From contig CP075496.1 of NCBI GenBank assembly GCA_021613535.1, forward strand, positions 8,680,001 to 8,744,000: DNA of 64,000 nt, written 5' to 3'. The notes beneath the pieces were generated by a model. That model did not search any database and was not told where the DNA came from. It saw only the letters and a program-made list of their open reading frames with translations. The position numbers and the translations under genes were made by a program. Position 1 is the stretch's first letter. Every line of letters begins with the position of its first letter. Positions 37,916-50,870 of this stretch are shown one piece after another. Origin of the DNA: Adineta vaga (Eukaryota > Animalia > Rotifera).

Positions 37916-38758
37916 ACAGAACTATGTTTGTTGATTTAGAATTGAAAGTTTATATTTCATATAATAAATTTATCGATTAGCAATATAATGGAATGCTTTT
38001 GTTTATGATAGTTTCAAAGACAGATATCGTATTATTATTAAGATTGATAGAATGCATTCATCATTCTTATCTACTCGCGAGAAATTGTCAGATAAGTAAA
38101 TGTTGATCAATTGTTTCATAAGTTATGGAATATAGAAATACGACATGCTAATAATAATAATATATAGTGAAATGAAAAGATTTTTCAATTTAATCTATGT
38201 GTATCAAATGTAAATAAAATAGTTCTTATAACGTAGTATGTTGAAAAAGTACAGTTATAATCATAAGTAATAATTCAAGGTTAGGAAATCAAATGTATTA
38301 TTATATGCACATGTCATTAATTTTAGTGTTTTGATCTTTTCTTTATTATGACAAACAAAGACGTGATATACATATATTATTGAAAGGACACACAACATAC
38401 ATGTACTATAGTTATCTTGTCTAGAAATCAAACTAAACAGCTTGAAGAGTCCTTAGTTCTATTGATGGAAAACACACGTTCATATACTCGTACATCAAAA
38501 AGATCGAACAAATACAGATGGCAAAGTAACGTAAGTTGGGAACAATTCATCAGAATGATATAGGTAAGAAGAGCAATACATAGTAAAAAAAACAGTAAGA
38601 ATAGGACGAATATCGTTACATTTCATGACACCGTTTTTTTCACATCATCAATCGAAATAACCATATTTATGAGAAAAATCGTCTAACCTTTCTTTTTTAT
38701 ATCTAGACATGTCATTCGAATACTATCATTTCATTATTCTATTTCGTCATTAAAACAT

Positions 38759-39214
38759 ATGCATTCATTTTCATCAATTATTTTCTGTTTTTTGATTCTA
38801 TTCTGTAAGTATATTGAGAAAAAAAGTTTTTTAAAAATCATTAAAATGAATTTATTTCAGCATGGAATCAATTAACAAACGGTCTCGCATGTTATTCATG
38901 TACAAATTGTAATGATCCATTTAATCCTACTTATGTTTTAGTTAGATATGAAAATGATACAACAACTTGGTATTGTACAGTAAGTATAGTACTACAAGTT
39001 TCTTTCATCAAGATTCTATGTTTTTTTCATTTAGAAATCATGGGTATCAAATAATATTGTACGAAGTATAGCAACAAGCTGTACCCAATCAAGTACTGTT
39101 GGAAGTAGTCAAACGTGTTGTCAAAGCAATCTATGTAATAATGCCCAAAGATATATGTTAACAAAGACATTTAGTTTTAGTATTGGTATTCTAATGCTTA
39201 TAGTTTTCTTTTAA
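38759..39214 (+). CDS. Ly6/uPAR three-finger-like protein, predicted GPI anchor (copy 1)
   Basis: Exons 38759-38804, 38861-38979, 39035-39214 give a signal peptide, LACYSCTNCNDPF, WYCT, CCQSNLCN and a hydrophobic tail. Confidence 0.85.
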
Positions 39215-39809
39215 AACTCATTAGATTATCTTGCTTCTTTTTTTCGCTTTATATCAAATGCTCTTATTATCCCTTGCTTTATTTCTTTTTTTGCTCTCAA
39301 TGAAATAAATTTATCCCATGCAATTCAGACATCTTTCTCAAATGAATATTGAACTGATAATATTTTCGAAGTAGTTCTAGCGTAATTGAACACTTCACTT
39401 AGAGTATATTTAAATCCATTCGATTTTGTCGTGTATAATCACATTTTATGCCATAGGACGAGATTATAAAATCTAATGTGAATAATAGACCTAGAGAAAA
39501 TAAGAGTAAATTTTCGATACTATTTGTTTGTTTAACTAGTTCGATGTAAATAGTTCTTTAGTTATTCAAATTTGCAAAGATTAAGTCATTCTACATGTTA
39601 AGTAAATTTTGTCAATGTTTATTATCAATTAATAAAATATTTGAGCATAATTTCATGGAAAAACAAACGTAGCAATCGGAAACATATAATAAAGTTTAGA
39701 AAGAACAAACGTAGCGACTTATTGAGAAAGTTTGATTATGATCGTTTAGTTTGGAATACTTTAAAAAACAATTGCAGTGAAGAAAAAACAAAATCGTCTG
39801 ATTATTTGT

Positions 39810-40487
39810 TTATAATTTAATGAGAATATTTGGTATTGAACCACCTTTATAATTTTTATATGGATATGTTAATTCATTGCCATTCTTTTTCCATATCCAT
39901 GTTGTTGGATCAATAATTGTTACTTCTTTTCCAGCAAATTTCTTTATCCATACATGTCGTGTTGCTTGATGTGTCGTTTGACCGAGTAAATATTGAAAGC
40001 CTTTAGTCTCACGTGCATTTTTACATGCAAATTGCATCATTTGAGTAAGAATACCTTTTCCAGAATGTTCTAATCGAACTGCACAAAAAGGAAAATGTAA
40101 AACCATGTTCATTTTCAATTCTTGTCCAAAATCTCGTGAAATAAATAAATCATCCATTTCATTCAATAAAACATCAACTGGAATCGTATGTGAAAGATTT
40201 GAAATATCACATAAATGTTTTCGTTGACGTTCTAAATACAGATCACCAGCAATTGTTGCAGCAACAATTTCATTTGTCGAACGATGTCGCACAAGAACTG
40301 ATAAATGTTCAGGTAACATATCTTTCATTAATGGCCATGAAGATTGATCAAAAAAGCATGTTGGCGTAATTTGATCAAAACATGTAATAGGATTATGTGC
40401 AGAAAATTCTTCGGCAATAAGAAGTGCACAAACACGTGCATCATTTTCATTAGTTGTTATTTCACAGATATATTCACTGTCAGACAT
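39810..40487 (-). CDS. GNAT acetyltransferase, arylalkylamine N-acetyltransferase-like, intronless
   Basis: Acetyl-CoA motif AVRLEHSGKGI, F..HNP near the N-terminus, and GFQY...TT...T.HV..K. Confidence 0.75.
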   Translation of the reverse strand: MSDSEYICEITTNENDARVCALLIAEEFSAHNPITCFDQITPTCFFDQSSWPLMKDMLPEHLSVLVRHRSTNEIVAATIAGDLYLERQRKHLCDISNLSHTIPVDVLLNEMDDLFISRDFGQELKMNMVLHFPFCAVRLEHSGKGILTQMMQFACKNARETKGFQYLLGQTTHQATRHVWIKKFAGKEVTIIDPTTWIWKKNGNELTYPYKNYKGGSIPNILIKL

Positions 40488-41834
40488 TTTCAGAAAAGAA
40501 AAAGAAAAGAACTGAAAAATAAAAAGTTACTCTCGATGCGCTATGTAGTTGTATAAATATATCACGTTTTTTTTTCTTTTTCTTACCTTTCTTTTTTCTT
40601 TTACTTTGTGGCAATGTGTCAGATGTCGACTCATTGTTTTCGTCAAACTTTTGTTATTCATAGAAGTTAACCATTAATCTCCGAAAAGAAAGAAAATGTA
40701 CTTATATATTCAACTTTTTTGAAGAATTGAATTGTTTAGGTAAAATGCGATCTTATAATTCTCAATAATAGATATTTCATAAAACTTTAACAAAGAAAAA
40801 GAAAAGTTCAACGTGAAATTTATTATTTATAACAGTGTATATGATCATCTCGACGTTTGTCTTCTCGTTTGAAAGAAAAAGAAAAAAAAACGACTCATTC
40901 TTTTTTCTATGCCATTTTTCTAGGTGCCATCAATAATTAGATAAGAAGGAAAAAAATTACGAGATATCTTTTCCTTTTTTTGCTGCAAGTTTGTAATATA
41001 AAATAGATACACACCAAAGGAAAGAATTTCGAGAGAAGAGGAAATTTATTGTACGGTTCTATCCATTAGTTAAATTTTTATCGATCAACAAGTTACAACG
41101 ATCTTCTTCTTCTTCTTCTTCTTCTTCGAAATCTCGTCGAGTTACTCAGAAGTAATCGGAAAGGGATGCATGTAGCTATAAAAAGAAAACCTTTTAAACT
41201 ATATAGACAATGTGTTTTCGTCACACAGCTGTCGATTTTTAATGGACAAGAAAAAGATTGATAGCATAGGCAAACGATTAGTAAGTAAAATATCCATTTG
41301 CATAGAAAGAATTTCATATAACTTTATTGAAGGTGGTAAAACTTCAAATACATAGTAATATGTTTTACATGAGAAGAAGAAAAAAACTCGCTCCTTTATA
41401 TTGATATACATCTATTTCATTCGTGTACTTTATCGATGTAAAATGTATCGATTAGCACTCATACATTAACAAGCTGTATGAAGGACATTTATAAAATACC
41501 TTTTCGCGTCATATATTACTGATTCATTTCGTTTCTTTTTCCTGTTCTTCTTTCAATCGTGTTTATAAAGAAATAAAAAGAAACACATTTTTTTGTAGCT
41601 ATTGTATTCATATTATTCGACTTTTTTTCTCTTTTCAATCTAATTGAAAATTCGTATTTTATGTCAGCGTCTAAAATCCCGATAGAGTTTTTTCTTTTTC
41701 TCTCTGTCTGTCTGTCTCTCTCTTCGATTTTATTGGTAGAGAAATTCTTCGAAATTTCATTTGAATCACAATGATGACAAGTACATATGTCATTTTGTTT
41801 TGATATTTTAGTTTGAAGGATTTACTTCTCACAA

Positions 41835-42794
41835 ATGCTTATGTTCATTTTTAATATTATTAAAAGAATATGTTGGGAAGTTTATCTTTTATTTACACGA
41901 CTTCCACCAAATCAAGCATGGATGGATCCAAGAGAGCAAACATTAATGGTGAAATATATTCAAGAATACAAAAAAGAAAAAGGGTAAGGAGACAATTTGG
42001 AATATTTACATGTTCAGGTTGTTGAATGGAATTAGATTGAATAATTGAGTATGTGCACATGTAGATATCAAGCGATTGAGATAATAGTTCGATCATGATC
42101 AATTATATTTTCAAATTTTGTATTTAGTGAACAAAAGGTGACCATGGCTGAATTTGGTGCTGGAAGTAGTACGTTTTTCTTTAGTACTTATGTTGATCAT
42201 TATATAAGTATTGAACATAGTCCGGATTATTGTCGTGAACTTGAACGTATGGCTGCTAGTCAACCAGATCGATCTGTCAAGATATTCTACATGGATCGTA
42301 ATTCCTCAGGATTTTATATCAAACATGTTTTTGAACAAGTTTCTTCAACGAAATCGAATTCTTCATCACAAATTGAAATATATTGTGTACCAAGAAATGC
42401 TTATTCATTTATAGCTTATCGTTTATGGGCAACTGGTGGACGAAGTACTTATCGAATGTATCGTGATTATGTTGATTTTCTTTCAATATACTTTCGCGAG
42501 AAGAAATTTGATTTTATATTTCTTGATGGACGTGCTCGACCTCAAGTTGCCTATGCTGTTGCAAAGCAATTGAATGGTTCACATGCAAAAGTATTTATTC
42601 ATGATTGGAATCAAAGAAAAGAATATCATATTATTGAACGAGAATTTTATAATATAATTGATCAACAAATCGAAAGTAATCAAGTTGGTGGTGGTGGTCT
42701 TGTAGTTTTAGAAAAGAAATCTGAAGATATTGGACAAAGAAATATTAATGATATTCAATGGAAATTTGGTAGTGAACCTGATTGGTGGATTTAA
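41835..42794 (+). CDS. Class I SAM-dependent methyltransferase-like protein
   Basis: Exons 41835-41983 and 42128-42794 (phase 2) give WMDPRE, EFGAGSST, SIEH, FDFIFLDGRAR and IHDW. Confidence 0.82.
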
Positions 42795-43154
42795 ATACTT
42801 TAATCGTAGACAACACATTATAGTCAGAAGGAACTATAATGCATTGAAGAAGAAGAAAAAAGAAATAGTTAAATTGATATTTATTTTGTTCGTATATACA
42901 TTAATCTTTTGTGAATGTTGATGAATTGCTTTGTCTTTCGTTGCGAATAAAAACTTTATCGATGGGTTTTATATATAACTAAATAAGAATAAAAAAAAAG
43001 TTCTATACCGATTGATAAAACTATATAGATACTATATATATATAAGGAGAATTCATATTTTTGCTGCTACTATTTTTGCCATTCGTTGGATGAAAAACAG
43101 TTTTCAAGTAGGAAGAGTAAATAAGTTAGAGTTTTTTGAAAACGAAGTCTTTTT

Positions 43155-44517
43155 TTAACAATAATTGATCCATTCTGTTTTCGTTGGTGCTGTTAGTGGT
43201 CGTGTAGGAAGGAGAACTCGAACATTTTTTGTATTTTCAATAGAAAATAATGAAAGTGAATCTTGAAATGATGTTACACATGATGACAAAGGTGGTGCAG
43301 TATTGACTCTTGATTCTGCTGGTACGTCATTTGATGGAATTAATGAAAAACATTTCATAGGCGTTCGTTTTGAAACAACTGCGGCTGTTTGAGGTCGTGA
43401 AATTGATTTGTCTCGATATTCTTCTTCGAATTCATTTGCTCGCTCAAGAATTTCTCGATAACATGTTGGATTATCAACACCAATGGATCTTCGTTTCCAA
43501 TTATGTTCCATTTTGAATTGATTCTTTTTCGTTTGTGTCATCATTTTAACAACTAATTGTCGACGATTTGCTATTAATGACATCGAACGTCTATGATTCA
43601 TTTCACGTAAGACATGTTCATTAGGTTGTCCGATAGATTCACGTTTATCAATCACTTGAACGCGTTGAGGAGGACGTGTTACAGCTGGAAAGCGTTCCGC
43701 AAAACTTCGAGCAGCTTGATGAGCAAATTTTTCCACTTCTTTTTTTGCACGTATATTATTATGAAGAAATCGACGAGAACAATCTGCATAGAACAATTCC
43801 ACAGCATCTTTATCACATGCAGCTAACACTGCAGATTTCGGATGCGCTGATGCTGAACGAGAATTTCTGAAAATAAACAATAGAATTGGATTCTTTTTTA
43901 GATGATTGTAATGAATAAGAGAGTTTTTACATACGTTGTTTTTGTGAGTGTTGTTGATTTTGATTCATCTACGAAAATGATTTTGATATCCCTTGCTGCT
44001 GGATATAGAGCCATATAGTTTTTTTCGAAATCCACAAAAGCAAATCGTCGAAACTTTTTTGTTTCTTCTTGTCTTTTAATTTCTTCATTGTGATCATGAA
44101 TTTTCTTGTAATAATCACGTGTAAATTTACCGAATGACTTTTCTTTTATCGCAATTAAACAATCATTTTCAAATTGAATTCGATCATCATTTGTTTTCAA
44201 AATTCGTGCAGCTTGAAGAGCTTGTTCTAGTTGAGCTAATCGATATGAACGTGTCAGACCTTTTCTTGATGGAGCAGATGATGTTAAAATTGAAAATTCT
44301 GAACATGGACGATTGGGTATCGATGTTTCAGGTGATTGTTTTTCTGAATCTTCAATATCCGGTGTATCATCATCATCTTGATCGGATGTTAAATCGTTCA
44401 GCTTCTGTTAACTGTCGTTGATGAGATTCAATCTTTGAATAGATACTATAAACTTTTGAAAGAAATCTATTTATCAACTTTTACTTGATAATTGTTATTT
44501 ACAACTACTGCTGTCAT
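43155..44517 (-). CDS. Uncharacterised basic protein, 3 exons, with RPxTA-type motifs
   Basis: Exon 44517-44485 splices in phase to an exon starting at about 44404, then to the final 43155-ending ORF. Motifs SRPQTA, RPLTAP and RSASA are present. No domain recognised. Confidence 0.65.
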
Positions 44518-45008
44518 GTGTTGGTTACTACTTTTTTTTACTGATTGTGTGTGTCTTATGTGATGAAAGTACAGGGTAAGAAGAAAAAAATGAAGAAAGA
44601 AAGAAATTAATACAACGTTTTTCTTTTTAGATGTTCTCTCTTTCTCGTTTGGCAACAAATATAAATATATAGTCAATCATGAAAGACAAACAAATACATA
44701 ACTGCTGCAATTCAGAATTGTTAATAAAACTTTGGCAAATAGTAACTGATCTCGATTGAAAATAATCGATGAAGCACTATATTACAGAATCGATACAAAA
44801 AAGAATTCTGATTTTTAAATCGAAAATTAATCTTCAAATAGATTCAACTATCAAATCTATTCTTCTGTTGAATAATGCGATGATTTTTCTCTTTCAGTCA
44901 TTTACGAACATTCCTATCTTTTTTCATTCTTTAACACGTGAATCAGTCTGATCCTTGCTTCTATATAAACTTCGAAACATCATTTATCCTCTTGTTTTTC
45001 TCTTTATC

Positions 45009-47358
45009 ATGGTTCGTCCACCAGTCTTATCGTCATCATCATCATCTCATGAAGATTCCAATATATCCTTTTCATCTGTATCAACTGAATCAGGTGAATT
45101 TACTGTTACATCAGATATAATTAGTCCATCAACACATACAATAAATGATTTATCGACGAATCGAAATCCCTATGTTGAACAATATTTAAATATTTACTAT
45201 AAAAAATCACTTGATCCATCTGTAAGTAAACTCTACTATTCGTTGTCTTTTTTCTTAAATAAATTTCTAAATTCAATTTCAGATGTTATTAACCACAAGT
45301 CAATTAGTCGAAAATACATTAGCTTTATACGATAGTATGGATGATGAAGCAGCAAATTCTTATATTCTTTCATTTATTTTATTACGCGTTGGTTGTATAT
45401 CTAAAACATATGATTTCGAACAATTTATCGATATGAATCGAGAAGAAAAAGATAAGATTATTAAAGATGTAAGATAGAATTGACTAGTTTTCTTTCTTCT
45501 ATTCTTATTTCACTTTTAGAATTGGTCGGGAAGAAAAATATTAATGAATTTATCTTCGAAAGATGAAGAAATTGAAAAAAATTATAAACGTTTTGAAGCA
45601 TTTTTTTCCACATTAGCTTGTCTACGTTTTGATGATATTCTTCGAATTAATAATGAAACAAATCTAAAGCAAATTATTTCGTTATTAATTGATGATATAC
45701 AATCACCGATTGTTGAATATCGTTTTACAATATTACTTGCACGTAAGAAACGATTTATTTGAGTGTCTAAGTCGTTTTGTTGTTCTTTGTTTTTCGATAT
45801 AGTTGAAGCAATTTTACGTGGATTAATAACAACTGTTGCTCATGCAAGACGAAATAAACCAGGAAAGATTTCACCATTTATTGGACATAAAGTAGGAGAT
45901 GGAAAGGATGTTGTGAATAGTTTGAAAATACTTTCGTTTAGGATGCATTGAAAATATTCGAATTCATATCAATGACTTTTACAAAATCGATTGCACTTCG
46001 TCTTTCGTAAGAATGCATTGTTTATCTCTTCTTTATTTATTTGTAGAAATGAATTTTAGTGATTCAGAAGCACAAATTAGTCATGTAGCATATCAAGCAT
46101 TGATTGAATTATCTGAAGTTTGGCCGAATTCTTGGATATCGAAAGAAGTATTTGATGAATGTATTTATTCAATTGTTTCTCAAGTAAATTCACCCAAATT
46201 TTGTTTTTCATACAAAACTTTCATTTTTAGGATGATAAATCTGATTTTATCAATTCTATTCGTGCTATACGAACATTATTAACTCATCATGAACTCGATA
46301 AAGATTCCATTGATTCCTATATTTATCATTTATTAATAAAAATATCTTCTGATGATTTCGAACTTCTTTCAGTTTCTCATACAATTTCAATTTATAAATT
46401 AATCAATGATATATTAACGTATGTAATAAGAGGAATTTTTCAACCAATGAATTTGTAACATGAAAAACTTTCCTATTAGAATTTATCCGGAAATGTTTTC
46501 AACAAAAATGATCTACCATTGGTCAAGTGGAATCTTTCAAGATAATAATCGAACACAAAAATTAGCTTTCAATTTTCTTATAAGATTTATTCAAATGAAT
46601 GAAGAACAATTTCAATCAACAACGATTTGGCCTTATATTATTCATGTTTATGTGACAATATTTCAGGTGAAGATCAAGATACTATTTTATCGTGTTGATT
46701 CATTCGAGAAGAGAGAATTTGTATTTTTATTATTTAATCAATCTTACTTTGATTTTAGTTGAATGTCAGTGAAGAAACAACAGCTTGTTTGATTCATGCT
46801 ATGGAAAATAATCTGAAAATTTCTACGATTCTTACGAATTTATCTGGTATTGAATATTATATTGAAACGAAAATCTTCGATAGTAATAAATGAAATCCAT
46901 TTGTAGTTTTCTCAAGAAAAGTTTCATGTTTATTCTAGATTCTCAAATATCTTCAATTCTTGTCATTCTTCAATTACTTCGGTCACTTTTTATTCTTCAT
47001 ATTAATCGACAACGATCAGCAATGGCAGTGAATGATGAAGAAAATGATGATGATAATGAAATTATCTGTCGAAATATTAGTCGACTTACATTTAAATTTA
47101 TTACACGGATTGTTCAACAAGTAAAATGAAATTCTTCATTTACTCTCTTCTCATTGTCTTTTCTTTTCCAAGGATAATATTGATAAATTAATCTTAATCG
47201 AATGTTTAACTGCATTACAAACAACACTTTGTTCATTACCAATTGAACATCTTCGTGAAAATTCACTTTCATTAGAAGATTTAATTAATGAAATGAAAAT
47301 GATGCTTACAACACATCAATTAGCTGATACATCAATTGATACAAATATGGATGAATGA
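45009..47358 (+). CDS. Multi-exon helical (ARM/HEAT-like) protein of unknown function
   Basis: Chain of short Leu/Ile-rich exons with GT-AG boundaries from ATG 45009 to TGA 47356-47358. The fold is inferred from composition only. Confidence 0.6.
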
Positions 47359-47997
47359 TGTATTACTATTATTATTATTATTATTAATATGAAAACTTTG
47401 TTTGTTTTTTTTAAACGATGAAATGAAATTTAGAATTAAATAAAAAGTGTGATTTTATGAACATGTTGTTTAATGACGTGCATAAATGCTCGTTTACATC
47501 TGTAAACGAAAATAAGACGACAGAATTGTGTAAATATCGATAAACTGTTGTCGTTCAAGAAACATTGCTATTCAAATTGAAATCTAAAACATAGTATTAT
47601 TTTACATCAGTATTCAAAATGAGTATTTTCTTTTTAATACGCGCATCAACATGTTATTGTAATAAATCTTTAGCAGGAAAACGCCAGAGTTAGTAATGTC
47701 ACCTGCACTTAATGAATAAATATCGGATGTATTTCTTTGTTCAATCTGTTTTACATATGATTTTGTGAGAGAAGAAATCAATTTCGAATATTTATCAACA
47801 TTATTTCATGATTTTTATAAAATTAATAAAGTTCTGTCTGTCTGTATACGTTCTACTATAAAAACCAAGACAATTTCATTAGAAAAAAAAATTTTCTCTT
47901 ACAATGCATCGATTATTCGTTTTTTTGTGGTAGGAAATTTTTATCTTTAAATATGTTAACTTTATATTTTCTTCTATAGTTATTTCTCGTTATTGGA

Positions 47998-48408
47998 ATG
48001 ACAATAGCACGTCGAGATATAACAAAGAAAAAACATAGTTCACATGTTAATCATGAAATATCATCAAAACAGCTTAGATTATCAAAATTTTGTTCAAATA
48101 ATACCATTGCCGAAAATTATCTCAATAAAATTCTTTCTTTTATTCATACATTTCAATCCAATTCATCATATAATTCGATTTTAAGGCTACAATCAGTTCA
48201 TTTTATGAATTATTTAACAAATCATACCAATCAAGAATTATTACGACATGATTGCCAAGCTTTTAGTAAAGGACTGATGGCTGCTCATAAACTTGATAAA
48301 ACAATTGAACGAACACGAAAACAATTAGCATACATTATTCGAAATGAAATTAAACAAGTTTCTCATAATGTTAACGATGGAAAAGGATTTCATGAACTTG
48401 AGAGTTAA
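47998..48408 (+). CDS. Uncharacterised 136-aa protein
   Basis: Open ORF with protein-like composition, acceptor-like ttctatag just upstream and AATAAA at about 48433. Confidence 0.5.
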   Translation: MTIARRDITKKKHSSHVNHEISSKQLRLSKFCSNNTIAENYLNKILSFIHTFQSNSSYNSILRLQSVHFMNYLTNHTNQELLRHDCQAFSKGLMAAHKLDKTIERTRKQLAYIIRNEIKQVSHNVNDGKGFHELES

Positions 48409-48599
48409 AATTTTGTCAAAAATTCTAATTTCAATAAATAAATGAATCATCGAGGAAATAAATTCTTTTCTGTTTTAACTAATATTTATTCATAGATTAT
48501 TTTATTATCTGTTAAACACAAACGATAAGTCAAAAAAGAAATATTGCTAAGTTAATTCAATGAAAAATATTCATGTCTTTATTTGATTTTTTTTTGTAC

Positions 48600-49045
48600 T
48601 TAAATCAATGTTGTAATGAAACCAATAATAAGAACAATGATCAAAGGATTGATTGACAATATTTGATTACTACCATTACATAAATCTGTTTGACAACAGT
48701 GTACACCATTGCCACCAACAGTAAATGGTGAACATGTATCCGTTATATTTCGATCGATAATAGTTGCTCCTTTGGTTTTCTAATGAATTGAAAATAAAAG
48801 AAATTTTAATTATAGAAATAGAATACTTTGCAATATAAATCTGAAGTATTCACGGAGATTTGATCGATACCAGATGGATCGAATGGATCACTACAATCGC
48901 TACATGAGTAGCATACAAGACTATTTGTATAACCACTTATTACTAAAGAGAAAGAAAAGAAGATTTTGAGAGCTTATAAATGATTTTTGTTCAACTAACA
49001 GATAAAGATGAATGCAACGAGAAGAAGATTTTGTTGAGTAGACAT
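48600..49045 (-). CDS. Ly6/three-finger-like GPI-anchored protein (copy 2)
   Basis: Three exons: MSTQQNLLLVAFIFI, LVCYSCSDCSDPF...YCK, KTK...CCQTDLCN plus hydrophobic tail. Same intron positions as copy 1. Confidence 0.85.
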
Positions 49046-49620
49046 GTTTGTTTTTATACGTTATATATTCGAATGACATTGTGATTTAGGCATTGATTTT
49101 TAATGGGTACGTGATTATTCAAGCGAAGAGCAGAAGAAAACGAATAAATGAAAAATACATCTATACATTCATATATAAACACTTTTTGATAATGATCACC
49201 TATTGTATCTCTATATCATTTTTGCTATATGATGTATTGGTAATGTATTTTACCACATGGTAGTTATAAACAAATAATATTAATCGTTTCTACTTGGAGT
49301 ACAAATGTAAAAGGATTGATTTTTTATTCATTTTCAAAAAATAATGATGTAGTTAATACATTTTCGAATGGTCCTATTAATAGAAATACTTAGAAATCTA
49401 AACCTTCAACAATTTTACAGTTATTGTAAATCATTTTTCTTATCGTTTGAATTAGACTTCTACCAGCATATCTGCTTGGACAAAATCAATTTACAATGAA
49501 AAGAACATGTATTTTGAGTGTATTTAAACAATACTATTCTCTATGCGAGATTAAATAAATGCACTGAATCAAGAAAAAAAGATAAAATACGATAAAAGTT
49601 CATTTTCGAAACAAATTCTT

Positions 49621-50065
49621 CTACAAGAATTTCAAAATAATCATGATAATGAAAACTAAACCGATTGAACTAAGTGAAAACAATTGAGTAGCACTATTGC
49701 ATAGATCAGTTTGACAACACCATTGACCATTACCTAATATATTGACTGATGAACAAGAACCGGATGTACCACGATTAACTACAGAAACTGTGGATATTTT
49801 CTAAATAATAAAAAATAAATGAAAATTTGTTCGATGAGTAAGAGATTCACTTTCTGTACAGTAACCTCCAGTAGTAGCTGCTACTGTAGTGATACCACTG
49901 GAATTAAATGGATCATTACAACCTGTACAGGAATAACAATTGAACCCATCAACATGTTGATTGAAAACTAGAAAGATTCAAAAATATTATTAATATAGAA
50001 TTAAAATTATGAGCTTTACTTAAAAGGATGGAACAAATAAAAAGAATTTTGTATAGAACAGCCAT
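49621..50065 (-). CDS. Ly6/three-finger-like GPI-anchored protein (copy 3); intron 2 has a GA donor or a mutated donor
   Basis: MAVLYKILFICSILL, FNCYSCTGCNDPF...YCT, KISTVSVVNRG...CCQTDLCN plus hydrophobic tail. The homologous donor position reads GAAAGT. Confidence 0.8.
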
Positions 50066-50870
50066 AATTCTTTGAATGATTGACGTATATGTATATAGAT
50101 TTGAAATAAACTGATGTTGATATTTGAATTGACACCTTCTTAAATAGACTTATCGTAACAATAGAGAAGGTACAAGAAACATATTTTATTTCTTCTCATT
50201 GTTGTTTGATTCGAAATAAAAGGTTCTCTTTTCTACGTCATACTTTTAAAATTTACTCGATGAATCAGAACAAGTTTGTTCATTTTAATCATATAAAATT
50301 GTTGCGCGAATCCGTTTTGATGTATTGAAAAATGTACGTTGAGTGCATTTATTGCCTTTGACACCTTCATCTTATCGATGAATGATCATGAATGCATCTC
50401 AATGTGATGATGAATTGCAAAAGACACAAATGTATCTACAATTATTCTAATACGAAAGTGTGCGAAAAAAGTCGTAGAAATTTCATAAAAAGAAGAAAAG
50501 TTTTTTTAGGTTTAAACAAAAATCTTTAGCGAACTTCCGAAAAGAATAAAAAAATGTGTTGCATGACCGAAAGATAAAAAGATTTCATAGACGTCTAAAA
50601 GTTTTCGATTATGATATTTGAGCTCTATACGAGATCTTTTAATTCATATATTCAACTCTGATAAGCATTTGAGGACAGATACATTATGATTCATAGCGAG
50701 AGGGTATTTTTCATATTTTTAGAAAATATTTTTTTATTATGAATCATACATTTGTCTATCACATGGGTGTTGCAAACTACAACAAATATGACGTTTGCAA
50801 CGTAATATAAAAATTATTCTATCAAAAAAAAAACTCTGTGTACAAAGTAGTAAAAACAAAAACAAAAATT

